This document shows, in pieces, positions 17,936-25,532 of a stretch of 64,000 nt of DNA (its first letter is position 1; each line of letters begins with the position of its first letter). Source of the DNA: Ignavibacteria bacterium. GTDB taxonomy: Bacteria > Bacteroidota > Ignavibacteria > Tepidaquicellales > Tepidaquicellaceae. The notes under the pieces are model-generated. The model made no database searches and was not told where the DNA came from. It saw only the letters and a program-made list of their open reading frames with translations. Location of the stretch: assembly GCA_038230595.1 (NCBI GenBank), contig JBBRMY010000002.1, positions 872 through 64,871 on the forward strand. Reading direction: 5' to 3'. A program made the translations under genes and the position numbers.

Positions 17936-18085
17936 GCCTCCGTTAAGTCTGTAAAGTCCCTGTTACCACAGTCGGACTGATTCAGGGCAGACAACCGGTC
18001 TGCAAGCGGGATCTTTTGAAATCGCAACCCGTGACCGCACCGGCATGTTCAGGTCAGTTAAATTAATGCCGATCCGAGGGAAACA
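17936..18085. ncRNA. candidate structured RNA (GC-rich island, three local hairpins); identity unknown
   Basis: Complementary pairs seen by eye: gtctg..ccctg/caggg-cagac (17947-17992), cggtc..cggg/cccg..gaccg (17996-18037), cggcat/atgccg (18041-18071). The island is markedly more GC-rich than its AT-rich surroundings and lies in a 1.28 kb ORF-free region. Confidence 0.25.
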
Positions 18086-18192
18086 AAATATTATTAAATT
18101 TGGTGTTACCGGGAAACCAAGATTTAAAAGGAATCCATATATTTTTAGGTGAAGCTTTAGTTATAAATTTTATTATATACAAAATTGCAAAG

Positions 18193-18237
18193 AAAATTGG
18201 AGAGTGGTTTGGAAATTGATATGGGGGGAAAGGGATT
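18193..18237 (+). repeat. G-module of the intergenic mosaic, second copy
   Basis: aaaattggagagtggtttggaaattgatatggggggaaagggatt. Confidence 0.6.
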
Positions 18238-18291
18238 ATTTATTTTTACAGGTGTTTGTTGATGTGTTATAATCAAAAAGAAGTAGTAATG

Positions 18292-18336
18292 GCTGTTGGT
18301 GACGTTCCGATAAATCGGAACTCAAACACCAACAGC
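18292..18336. repeat. A-type nested palindrome, copy 3
   Basis: gctgttggtgacgttccgataaatcggaactcaaacaccaacagc. Confidence 0.85.
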
Positions 18337-18392
18337 GGCGAGGAGAGGTGCATCCAGCAAGTGACACAAAAGCTTCCGTTGCTTCGCAACAG

Positions 18393-18420
18393 TCCCCGAC
18401 AAAAGCATTCGGGGACGACA
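18393..18420 (+). repeat. C-type hairpin plus GACA tail (TCCCCGA-caaaagcat-TCGGGGA-CGACA)
   Basis: Same architecture as 10029-10056. Confidence 0.8.
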
Positions 18421-18480
18421 CTATTGGGGCAACCAGTTTTTTGCGAAAACAAGAATAGGATTTAAAAACCTATGATTGGA

Positions 18481-18508
18481 TTCCAGCCAGAAGCATGCTG
18501 GAATGACA
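18481..18508 (+). repeat. D-type hairpin plus GACA tail (TTCCAGC-cagaagcat-GCTGGAA-TGACA)
   Basis: C-type loop (..aagcat) and tail combined with a fully different but still complementary stem. Confidence 0.75.
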
Positions 18509-18520
18509 ATGTTGGGATGC

Positions 18521-18563
18521 CCGTTGGTGACGTTCCGATAAATCGGAACTAAACACCAACAGC
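18521..18563. repeat. A-type nested palindrome, copy 4
   Basis: ccgttggtgacgttccgataaatcggaactaaacaccaacagc. Confidence 0.85.
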
Positions 18564-18621
18564 GGAAAGGTTAGATGCTCATATGTTTTAATGGTATGCG
18601 TCGCTTCGCGGAAGTTCGAGG

Positions 18622-18644
18622 TGCCTGCTTTCGCAGGCATGACA
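18622..18644 (+). repeat. B-type hairpin plus GACA tail (TGCCTGC-tttc-GCAGGCA-TGACA)
   Basis: Same loop and tail as the other B copies. The stem carries a compensatory T/A to G/C pair change. Confidence 0.8.
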
Positions 18645-18664
18645 GTAGTAGAAGGATAGTTGGA

Positions 18665-19009
18665 TTATTTATTGAATATTGCGATGTATAAAACGATCAC
18701 TCCGCTTATTGCCAGGATGGAATGTAGAATCCAAAGCCATTTGGGAGATCTTTTGTGCATGATGTCATATACGAAAAGAACAGTACCGAAAAATGCTGCG
18801 ATTAGTAATATGAAGAATGGTGCTATTGAAGAAGGAATGCTTGTAGAGAGAGATAAATAAATGATAAAGCACATCAATCCGGCTCCGCCAAATAATCCGT
18901 GTATGAAGACTACTTTTTTATTTGTTTTTCTTTTGCGGAAATAATATGACAAAACCCATATCCCGAATATCAATGCGAGAGTGAACATCCCTGCCAGGAA
19001 ATAGATCAT
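18665..19009 (-). CDS. hypothetical small membrane protein (about 4 TM)
   Basis: 114 aa, hydrophobic. Starts 4 nt after the PPK2 stop on the same strand. Confidence 0.55.
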   Translation of the reverse strand: MIYFLAGMFTLALIFGIWVLSYYFRKRKTNKKVVFIHGLFGGAGLMCFIIYLSLSTSIPSSIAPFFILLIAAFFGTVLFVYDIMHKRSPKWLWILHSILAISGVIVLYIAIFNK

Positions 19010-19013
19010 GTAG

Positions 19014-19718
19014 TTAAGCGGATTTTAATATAGTTTTTATAATTTTAAGTCTTGCAAATTCTTTATCATCACCTTCAATTATATGCCAGGGAGCATGGTC
19101 TGTAGATGTCTTGTTCAGCATATCTTCATAGGCATCTGTATATTCTTTGAACTTACTTCTGTTCTCATAATCATCCGGTCCTATTTTATATTCTTTCATT
19201 GGATTTGTTTCTCTCTCCTCAAATCTTTTCAGCTGCTCTTCCTGTGAAATATGCATAAAGAACTTATAGATCAAAGTATTATCATTAGCAATAATCTTTT
19301 CAATTTTATTTATTTCATCATAAGCCCGTTTCCATATTTTCTTTTTTGTAAGACTTTCTACTCTTTCTACAAGCACTCTTCCATACCATGTCCGGTCAAA
19401 AACTGTTATCACTCCGATAGAAGGCAGGTGTATAAGGAATCTCCACATATAATGCCTGCTCTTTTCTTCTTCCGTAGGCGCACTTATAGGGTAAACTTTT
19501 ACTCCGCGGGGATCCCAGAATTTTGTTAATGTTTTTATTGCTCCTCCCTTACCTGAGGCATCCCAACCCTCCAGCATAATTAAAACTTTCTGGCCTTTTT
19601 CTTTCAGCCCAAGCTGGAAGCGAAGCAGGTTAAGCTCGTACTCTTCAAGCTCTTTTTTATAATCACTTTTATCTATCTTCTTTGATAGATCAATGTCCTT
19701 TAACTTTATTCTTCCCAT
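19014..19718 (-). CDS. ppk2: polyphosphate kinase 2 family protein
   Basis: EGWDASGKGG Walker A and FDRTWYGRVLVERV are typical of PPK2. Confidence 0.85.
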   Translation of the reverse strand: MGRIKLKDIDLSKKIDKSDYKKELEEYELNLLRFQLGLKEKGQKVLIMLEGWDASGKGGAIKTLTKFWDPRGVKVYPISAPTEEEKSRHYMWRFLIHLPSIGVITVFDRTWYGRVLVERVESLTKKKIWKRAYDEINKIEKIIANDNTLIYKFFMHISQEEQLKRFEERETNPMKEYKIGPDDYENRSKFKEYTDAYEDMLNKTSTDHAPWHIIEGDDKEFARLKIIKTILKSA

Positions 19719-19719
19719 A

Positions 19720-20109
19720 TTAATAATTTGCAGGTTTTTTTCCTGATCTGGAAATGATAGTTGATTGCAGCCCCCCTCTCACAGTAAACTCTCCTAGAAC
19801 TTCCATATACTTTGGCTTGAGAATGCTGCAAAGATCTTCAAGTATCCTGTTGATCACATTCTCATAGAATATACCTTCATTTCTGAATGATTGCATATAA
19901 TATTTAAGAGACTTCAGTTCAACACATTTTTTTCCTGCTGTATAACTGATAGTAATTATTCCGAAATCAGGCTGTCCTGTCTTTGGACAAACTGAAGTAA
20001 ATTCATTTACCCTGTGAACTATCATATAATCCTTTTTAGGAAATGAATTATCGAAAACTTCTAATAGCTTTGTTCTTTCAGGATTTGATCTTATAGGGTC
20101 AAATTTCAT
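19720..20109 (-). CDS. queF: NADPH-dependent 7-cyano-7-deazaguanine reductase
   Basis: EFTSVCPKTGQPDFG catalytic Cys motif and the unimodular QueF length (129 aa). Confidence 0.9.
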   Translation of the reverse strand: MKFDPIRSNPERTKLLEVFDNSFPKKDYMIVHRVNEFTSVCPKTGQPDFGIITISYTAGKKCVELKSLKYYMQSFRNEGIFYENVINRILEDLCSILKPKYMEVLGEFTVRGGLQSTIISRSGKKPANY

Positions 20110-20135
20110 TAAAGTATTTCTTTATTTTATAAAAT

Positions 20136-20170
20136 AAAAAAGCCGTTCATATGAATAATCTGAACGGCTT
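20136..20170 (-). terminator. intrinsic terminator after the T9SS gene 20193-20861
   Basis: aagccgttca-N11-tgaacggctt stem followed by a T-run on the minus strand. Confidence 0.7.
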
Positions 20171-20192
20171 GAATTAAAACTTTTATTGGAAG

Positions 20193-20861
20193 CTATTTTG
20201 CAAGGATCATTTTTTTAATATCAGAGGAGTAATTTGTCTGAAGCTTGTAAAAATAAATACCTGTTGAAAGTTCAGGAAAATTTGCAGAATTAAATTCAAC
20301 ATTATATGTTCCCGCTGCCTGAACCTCATTTATAAGTTGGACAATAAGCTTGCCTGTAAGACTATAGACATTAAGAGATACATTTCCGGCAGAGGTCAGA
20401 TCATACGTGATCATTGTTGTTGGATTGAATGGATTCGGATTATTCTGATGCAGCTTGAAATCAGAAATTTCAGAAATACCAAGCTTTATCTCTTCGCTAT
20501 TGATCGCAGCTCCGTGTATATCATAAGTTGAAAGCTTGTAAAAGTAAACTCCGTTCTCATCTCTTTTATCCTTATAGGAAAATGAATAAAGATTTACCGA
20601 GTCAATTGCTTCTTTCTTAATGTATGATGCAAAAAGAACTTCATCGATCAGCTTATATTCTTCAGTTCCTTTCATTTTATATTCAAGTCGGAACTTGCTT
20701 ACATTATTCGGATTGGAGATCTTCCAGTTCAGAGTAACTGATCCTTTTTTTATTTTTGCAGAATAGCCTGATATAGAATTAGGTACATCTGTCTGCGCAA
20801 AAGAAATTGCGCTCGCAAATAATAGATAGAATAGAATTTTATATGTAATGGATAACTTCAC
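20193..20861 (-). CDS. T9SS C-terminal-domain secreted protein (FN3-like N-domain)
   Basis: Signal peptide and a C-terminal HQNNPNPFNPTT...GIYFYKL...KKMILAK. Confidence 0.7.
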   Translation of the reverse strand: MKLSITYKILFYLLFASAISFAQTDVPNSISGYSAKIKKGSVTLNWKISNPNNVSKFRLEYKMKGTEEYKLIDEVLFASYIKKEAIDSVNLYSFSYKDKRDENGVYFYKLSTYDIHGAAINSEEIKLGISEISDFKLHQNNPNPFNPTTMITYDLTSAGNVSLNVYSLTGKLIVQLINEVQAAGTYNVEFNSANFPELSTGIYFYKLQTNYSSDIKKMILAK

Positions 20862-20874
20862 TTACTCTTATAAT

Positions 20875-21372
20875 TTATCTTGCTTCTTTTAAATAATCTA
20901 AACGTTTTTGTAATTTAGCTTTTGGAACAAGCAGTTTTTCTTTTCCGTAAATAGCTTCATGCTGCGAATTGAATACGAGTTCATATTCATCGCTCATTAC
21001 TATTGCTTCTTCAGGACAAACTTCTTCACAGAAGCCGCAATAAATGCATCTCAGCATATTGATCTCAAATTTAACAGGGTATCTTTCTTTTTCATCAGTA
21101 GTTTCGGCTGCTTGTACTTCGATAGCTAGTGACGGGCATACTCTTGAACATAAACCACATGCAACACATCTTTCACTGCCATCTTCTTCTTCAACCAAAA
21201 CCGGCCTGCCACGAAAGGCTGCAGGTGATATCCATTTTTCTTCAGGATACTGGCGAGTGAATTTAGGCCTGAACATCTGCTTAAAGGTAAGAGCCATTCC
21301 CTTTACGATCTGGGGAATATATGTTTGCTCAAATATTGTAAGATCTTTACCTTTTACTTCTTTCATTAACAC
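20875..21372 (-). CDS. nuoI: NuoI-like 2x[4Fe-4S] ferredoxin subunit (NADH-quinone oxidoreductase subunit I family)
   Basis: Two CxxCxxCxxxCP clusters ([24 protein letters not shown]) and a NuoI-type N-terminus ([21 protein letters not shown]). No other nuo genes are nearby. Confidence 0.75.
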   Translation of the reverse strand: MLMKEVKGKDLTIFEQTYIPQIVKGMALTFKQMFRPKFTRQYPEEKWISPAAFRGRPVLVEEEDGSERCVACGLCSRVCPSLAIEVQAAETTDEKERYPVKFEINMLRCIYCGFCEEVCPEEAIVMSDEYELVFNSQHEAIYGKEKLLVPKAKLQKRLDYLKEAR

Positions 21373-21482
21373 TTTTTAGATTAAGAAACAAACTACTAAC
21401 AGATGGCTAAGATAAATCTTATTTTGCAAAATAAAAATTCAACAAAAAAGACTTATTTTCATTCCACTTTTAGCATAGCTGC

Positions 21483-21968
21483 CTAGTTCATAAGTCCCTG
21501 CAGCTTATTAAAAAGCTGCTTTGCTGCCACAAAGTTTGGTTCTATATCAAAAGCAGTTCTGTATTCATCTAAAGCTTCAAACCATAAGCCCTTGCTTTCG
21601 AAAACTCTTCCAAGATTATAGTGAGCAAAGTGATAGTTCTCATATCTTTTTGAATTTATTGCCATTTCAAGATATGGAATAGCATCATCATACTGCTTTC
21701 TGCTAATGAGATAAGCACCTATATCGTTGTAAGGATTTCCATATTCCGGGTCAAGTTCAATTGAGTTTTTACATTCATCTATGGCTTTATCGAGCTCACC
21801 ATTTAAGGAATAAGCCCAGCCTAAATATGTATGCGCTTCAGGTGTTGGAAAAAGGTCAATTGAAATTAAATAGTTCTCAATTGCTTTTTTATAATCACCG
21901 TTTACCTGAAAGTTATATGCTTTAGAAAAATAATCTTTTGATTGTTCTACAACATTTTTAATCATCAT
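21483..21968 (-). CDS. tetratricopeptide repeat protein
   Basis: Repeated TPR consensus (Y..A...Y..AI..D P....A...LG). Confidence 0.75.
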   Translation of the reverse strand: MMIKNVVEQSKDYFSKAYNFQVNGDYKKAIENYLISIDLFPTPEAHTYLGWAYSLNGELDKAIDECKNSIELDPEYGNPYNDIGAYLISRKQYDDAIPYLEMAINSKRYENYHFAHYNLGRVFESKGLWFEALDEYRTAFDIEPNFVAAKQLFNKLQGLMN

Positions 21969-22119
21969 TTTACCTTTTTCGAAATTTCAAATTCTTTAGT
22001 TTTAATACATGAAATTTCTTATATTTGTAACGATACATCTAACCAAAAAGTTTCCATTGAAAAATAGGGGTAACCGCTAATTTATGCAAGGGAAAGGCAT
22101 TTTAAACAAAATTATATAG

Positions 22120-22827
22120 TTGGGTAAAACAGGTATAGTATTAGGGTCAGGACTGAACAATTTTTCCGACGAAGTTGAAGATAAAAAGATCATATTCAGT
22201 GATGATTCAGGCTTTCATAAAAGGAAAATATATACAGGGAGTATCAACGAAAAGCCGGTTGTACTCTTCGAAGGCCGCCAGCATATTTATGAAGGTAATG
22301 ATGTAAGCACAGTATGTGGAAATGTTGAGAAGGCAAAGGAGCTTGATGTTGATCTTCTGATAATTACAAACGCAGCCGGAGGAATTAATTCTGTTTTCGA
22401 AGTCGGTGATCTAATGATAATGACATCACATATTAATCTGATGCAGAAAAGATCTGATACATGCTTTAACCCCTATAACCGGAATATTATAAACAATGTA
22501 AGAAATGTTTGCACGGAAAACTCTATCCCGGTCAGGTATGGAGCATATTGCGGAGTTACGGGACCAAACTATGAATCAAATTCAGAGATAAACGTTTTCA
22601 AAAAATTCCATGCAGATGCTATCGGAATGTCAACAATTCATGAAATAATGAGAGCTAATAATCAGGGTATCAAAACAATAGGTATTTCCTGCATTACAAA
22701 TCTGCTGAGATTTAATAATATGAAAGCTGCCGACCACAGCGAAGTAGTAGAAGCAGGTAAAAATTCTTATGAAAGATTTTCCAGCCTTCTTAAATGCCTG
22801 GTTACAAACTCTCATCTTTTCACTTAA
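22120..22827 (+). CDS. purine nucleoside phosphorylase family protein (divergent, short N-terminus, TTG start)
   Basis: GIVLGSGL, ITNAAGG, GMSTIHE and CITN motifs of PNP-I/PunA. The canonical phosphate-binding V-x-G-H-x-G segment is not recognisable. Confidence 0.7.
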   Translation: MGKTGIVLGSGLNNFSDEVEDKKIIFSDDSGFHKRKIYTGSINEKPVVLFEGRQHIYEGNDVSTVCGNVEKAKELDVDLLIITNAAGGINSVFEVGDLMIMTSHINLMQKRSDTCFNPYNRNIINNVRNVCTENSIPVRYGAYCGVTGPNYESNSEINVFKKFHADAIGMSTIHEIMRANNQGIKTIGISCITNLLRFNNMKAADHSEVVEAGKNSYERFSSLLKCLVTNSHLFT

Positions 22828-23604
22828 ATGTTAATAGACACACACGCTCACCTATTTATTGATAAAGTATATTCTCAGATAGATGATGTAATTAAGAGAG
22901 CTGAAGACGCCGGAATTCAGAAAATAATATGTCCAGCAGTTGATCATCAATCATCGTTAAAGATCCTTGAGATATGCAGTAAGTATGATATTGTTTATGC
23001 AGCAGTGGGAATTCATCCCGGAGATTGTAAAGATATTGAATTTTCTGAGATAGATAAAATTGCTTCATTAGTGAACGAGCCGAAAGTTGTAGCAATCGGA
23101 GAAACAGGTCTGGATTATTACTGGGATACTTCTTACAATGAAAAACAAAAAGAATTTTTTCGATTACAAATAGAGCTTGCAAAAGATTCCGGCTTGCCGG
23201 TTATTATACATCAAAGATATTCGATAGATGATTGCATAGAAATTATCGGCAATAATATTGATGAACGTCTTAAAGGTCAATTCCATTGCTTTGAAGGAAC
23301 TACTGAACATTTAGATAAAATAAAAAGGTTTAAAACATTTTTTATATCCTACTGCGGAAATATAACTTACAAAAATTATTCAGATGTAAATAAAGTAATT
23401 CAAACGCCTATGGAAATGATGCTTTCCGAAACCGACTCCCCTTATCTCCCGCCTGTACCTTACCGTGGAAAATCCAATGAGCCTTCCTATATAATAAATA
23501 CAATAAATAAAATTGCTGAGCTGAAAGGAATTGAAGTGGATGAAGCAATAAAGATCTTGACAGGAAATGCTGAGAAATTGTTTTTTAAGAAGTTCGTGGT
23601 TTAA
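22828..23604 (+). CDS. tatD: TatD family hydrolase
   Basis: LIDTHAHL, GIHP, GETGLDY and ETDSPYL metal-ligand motifs. Confidence 0.85.
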   Translation: MLIDTHAHLFIDKVYSQIDDVIKRAEDAGIQKIICPAVDHQSSLKILEICSKYDIVYAAVGIHPGDCKDIEFSEIDKIASLVNEPKVVAIGETGLDYYWDTSYNEKQKEFFRLQIELAKDSGLPVIIHQRYSIDDCIEIIGNNIDERLKGQFHCFEGTTEHLDKIKRFKTFFISYCGNITYKNYSDVNKVIQTPMEMMLSETDSPYLPPVPYRGKSNEPSYIINTINKIAELKGIEVDEAIKILTGNAEKLFFKKFVV

Positions 23605-23769
23605 GACCCATAAAAAGTAGTTTCCATAAGATAAATTATCCGGAGACTTCTTTTTCCTCTTTGGAAACAGGTAAACTATTCATAAAAGTTACAGTTAATA
23701 CTTTAAAGCATTTTTACTATATTGAAGTATAAAACCTTCACTTTTTTTTATAAACTAAATATTCAGCAT

Positions 23770-24216
23770 ATGATCCGTTCCAGACTTTACAGACAGGATA
23801 GCAATTCAGGCAATTTTCCGCCGCCACCGCCACCGCCGCCTTCATCAGGATATAATCCTGTTCCACCACCTCCTCCACCCCCGCCGCCATTTGGTACCAC
23901 GAATACCGGGAACACAGGAATGCCAGGCAGTCAGATGGAAGGAAGTGCAAGTTCAAACGCTATTTTAGCTCTTGTATTAGGAATAGCAGCATGGGTTATC
24001 GGCTGCAGTATTTTAACTGCTATACCGGCATGGATCATCGGCAAAAAAGAATTAAGAATGATCAATGAAGGAAGATCACCGCATGCAGGAAAAACAATGG
24101 CAACGATCGGTATGTGGCTTGGAATAATAAATGTGATAATTGCAGTTCTTGCAGGTATCGGAATTATTATTGCTCTTGCATTGGGATTACTTTCATCAGC
24201 AAATCTGAATAATTGA
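23770..24216 (+). CDS. proline-rich DUF4190-like membrane protein
   Basis: Poly-Pro N-terminus followed by two TM helices (ILALVLGIAAWV..., GMWLGIINVIIAVLAGIG). I prefer the internal ATG at 23770 over the track start at 23722. Confidence 0.6.
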   Translation: MIRSRLYRQDSNSGNFPPPPPPPPSSGYNPVPPPPPPPPPFGTTNTGNTGMPGSQMEGSASSNAILALVLGIAAWVIGCSILTAIPAWIIGKKELRMINEGRSPHAGKTMATIGMWLGIINVIIAVLAGIGIIIALALGLLSSANLNN

Positions 24217-24668
24217 AATTAAATTACTGCAAGTTTAACAAAAATACAGAGACTATCCTGCCGGAATATAAAACAGAAGGTTCGGCAGGAATGGATCTTT
24301 GCTCATCTTCATCTGAAACAATCAGCATTCCTCCCGGCGAAACAGCTATCATCCCAACAAATTTAATACTGGAAATTCCATCAGGCTATGAAGGACAGGT
24401 ACGATCAAGAAGCGGGCTTGCACTAAAGCATTCTGTTGCTGTACTGAATTCACCGGGGACAATTGATCATGATTACAGAGGAGAAGTTAAAGTCCTTCTG
24501 ATAAATCATGGAAAAAATATTTTTAAAGTGAATTTCGGAGACAGGATTGCGCAACTAGTAATAGCTTCTTATGCAAAGGCAACCTTGAATGAGACCTTTG
24601 AACTTTCAGAAACTGAAAGAGGTGAAGGTGGATATGGAAGTACAGGATTGGAACATAAGCAGAAGTAG
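24213..24668 (+). CDS. dut: dUTP diphosphatase
   Basis: GSAGMDL, RSRSGLA, LNSPGTIDHDYRGE and RGEGGYGSTG motifs. TTG start overlaps the upstream stop. Confidence 0.85.
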   Translation: MKLNYCKFNKNTETILPEYKTEGSAGMDLCSSSSETISIPPGETAIIPTNLILEIPSGYEGQVRSRSGLALKHSVAVLNSPGTIDHDYRGEVKVLLINHGKNIFKVNFGDRIAQLVIASYAKATLNETFELSETERGEGGYGSTGLEHKQK

Positions 24669-24684
24669 AAACTTATTGTTTCCA

Positions 24685-24706
24685 TTCCCAATCAGGGGAT
24701 TGGGAA
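24685..24706. repeat. F-type hairpin (TTCCCAATC-aggg-GATTGGGAA) after dut
   Basis: 9 bp perfect stem with no T-run. Preceded by a GTTTCCAT motif. Confidence 0.65.
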
Positions 24707-24740
24707 CGAGATAATATCTAAAATAAATTATTTATCTTTT

Positions 24741-25532
24741 TTGACCGGTACTTTAAATATAATCACTACACCAATTGGAAATTATGCTGATATGACTTTA
24801 AGAGCATTGGAAACTCTAAAGTCGATGGATTATATTATCTGTGAAGAGTTTAAGGAAGCTAAAAAGCTTTTACGAACGTTTAACATTGATAAAGAACTTC
24901 GTCAGATCAATGAACATACTGAGAAAAAAGGTTCATCAGAAGAAATGGATGAAATTTTTCATGATATTCTGACAGGAAAGAATGTCGGCCTTATCTCTGA
25001 TGCCGGTACTCCCCTTTTTGCAGATCCGGGTAAAGATCTTGTTAAAAAATGCATCGAGTTTAATGTTAAGATAGAATTTTTTCATGGTGCGAATTCACTT
25101 CTTGCTGCACTTGTCTGCTCGGCATTTGATATTAGCAGGTTTTATTATATAGGATTCATCTCTCCAAAGTCAGAGCATAGAATCAAAGAGTTAAAAGATC
25201 TATCTTCAATCAATAAAGTTATGGTTCTCATGGAAGCGCCGTACAGATTAAAGCAGATATTAACTGATATAAGCGCAGTTATGCCTTTACGAAGAATTTA
25301 CATTGGCTTTGATCTTACACTGCCCGCTGAAAAGCATTTTCGTGGAACTGCAAAAAGTATTTTAGATGAGCTTGGAGAAAATAATATTAAAGGAGAATTC
25401 GTAATTGTAATTGATAAATCGGAAAAGATCATTAAAGAATCTGCAGGTAATAAATATCTGAACCTGGCAGAAAATGATATTGAAGACGATATTGAAGATG
25501 ATATTGTTGAAGAAATTATAGAAGATAAATGA
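24741..25532 (+). CDS. rsmI: 16S rRNA (cytidine1402-2'-O)-methyltransferase with acidic C-terminal tail
   Basis: TTPIGNYADMTLRALETLKSMDYIICEE... tetrapyrrole-methylase fold of RsmI. The tail is EDDIEDDIEDDIVEEIIEDK. Confidence 0.85.
   Translation: MTGTLNIITTPIGNYADMTLRALETLKSMDYIICEEFKEAKKLLRTFNIDKELRQINEHTEKKGSSEEMDEIFHDILTGKNVGLISDAGTPLFADPGKDLVKKCIEFNVKIEFFHGANSLLAALVCSAFDISRFYYIGFISPKSEHRIKELKDLSSINKVMVLMEAPYRLKQILTDISAVMPLRRIYIGFDLTLPAEKHFRGTAKSILDELGENNIKGEFVIVIDKSEKIIKESAGNKYLNLAENDIEDDIEDDIVEEIIEDK

Noticed and set aside
17880-18120. RNase P RNA, tmRNA, SRP RNA or a cobalamin/FMN/SAM riboswitch as the identity of the GC-rich island.
   Set aside because: Only short chance-like matches were found (agggtgaaa, aaagtcc, gcaagcgggatc, caggtcag), and they are in the wrong order or context. 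The hallmark motifs are absent: GGAAAGTCCGG for RNase P, a tag ORF plus tRNA-like end for tmRNA, GGAAGCAGCC for SRP, and the B12 box for cobalamin. It is left as unassigned.
18236-18465. Two overlapping ORFs from the track: 18236-18421 on the minus strand (61 aa) and 18256-18465 on the plus strand (69 aa).
   Set aside because: Both are read straight through A-, C- and hairpin-type repeat elements. Their peptide similarity to ORF 29379-29564 (SSPNAF...) comes from the shared repeats, not from coding conservation.
20110-20192. preQ1 riboswitch upstream of queF.
   Set aside because: The spacer contains only the terminator hairpin of the upstream T9SS gene. No preQ1-I/II consensus was seen.
23722-23769. 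Track start of the proline-rich membrane protein (MKYKTFTFFYKLNIQH...).
   Set aside because: It is a non-ATG start in an AT-rich leader. The in-frame ATG at 23770 gives a more plausible N-terminus. This remains uncertain.
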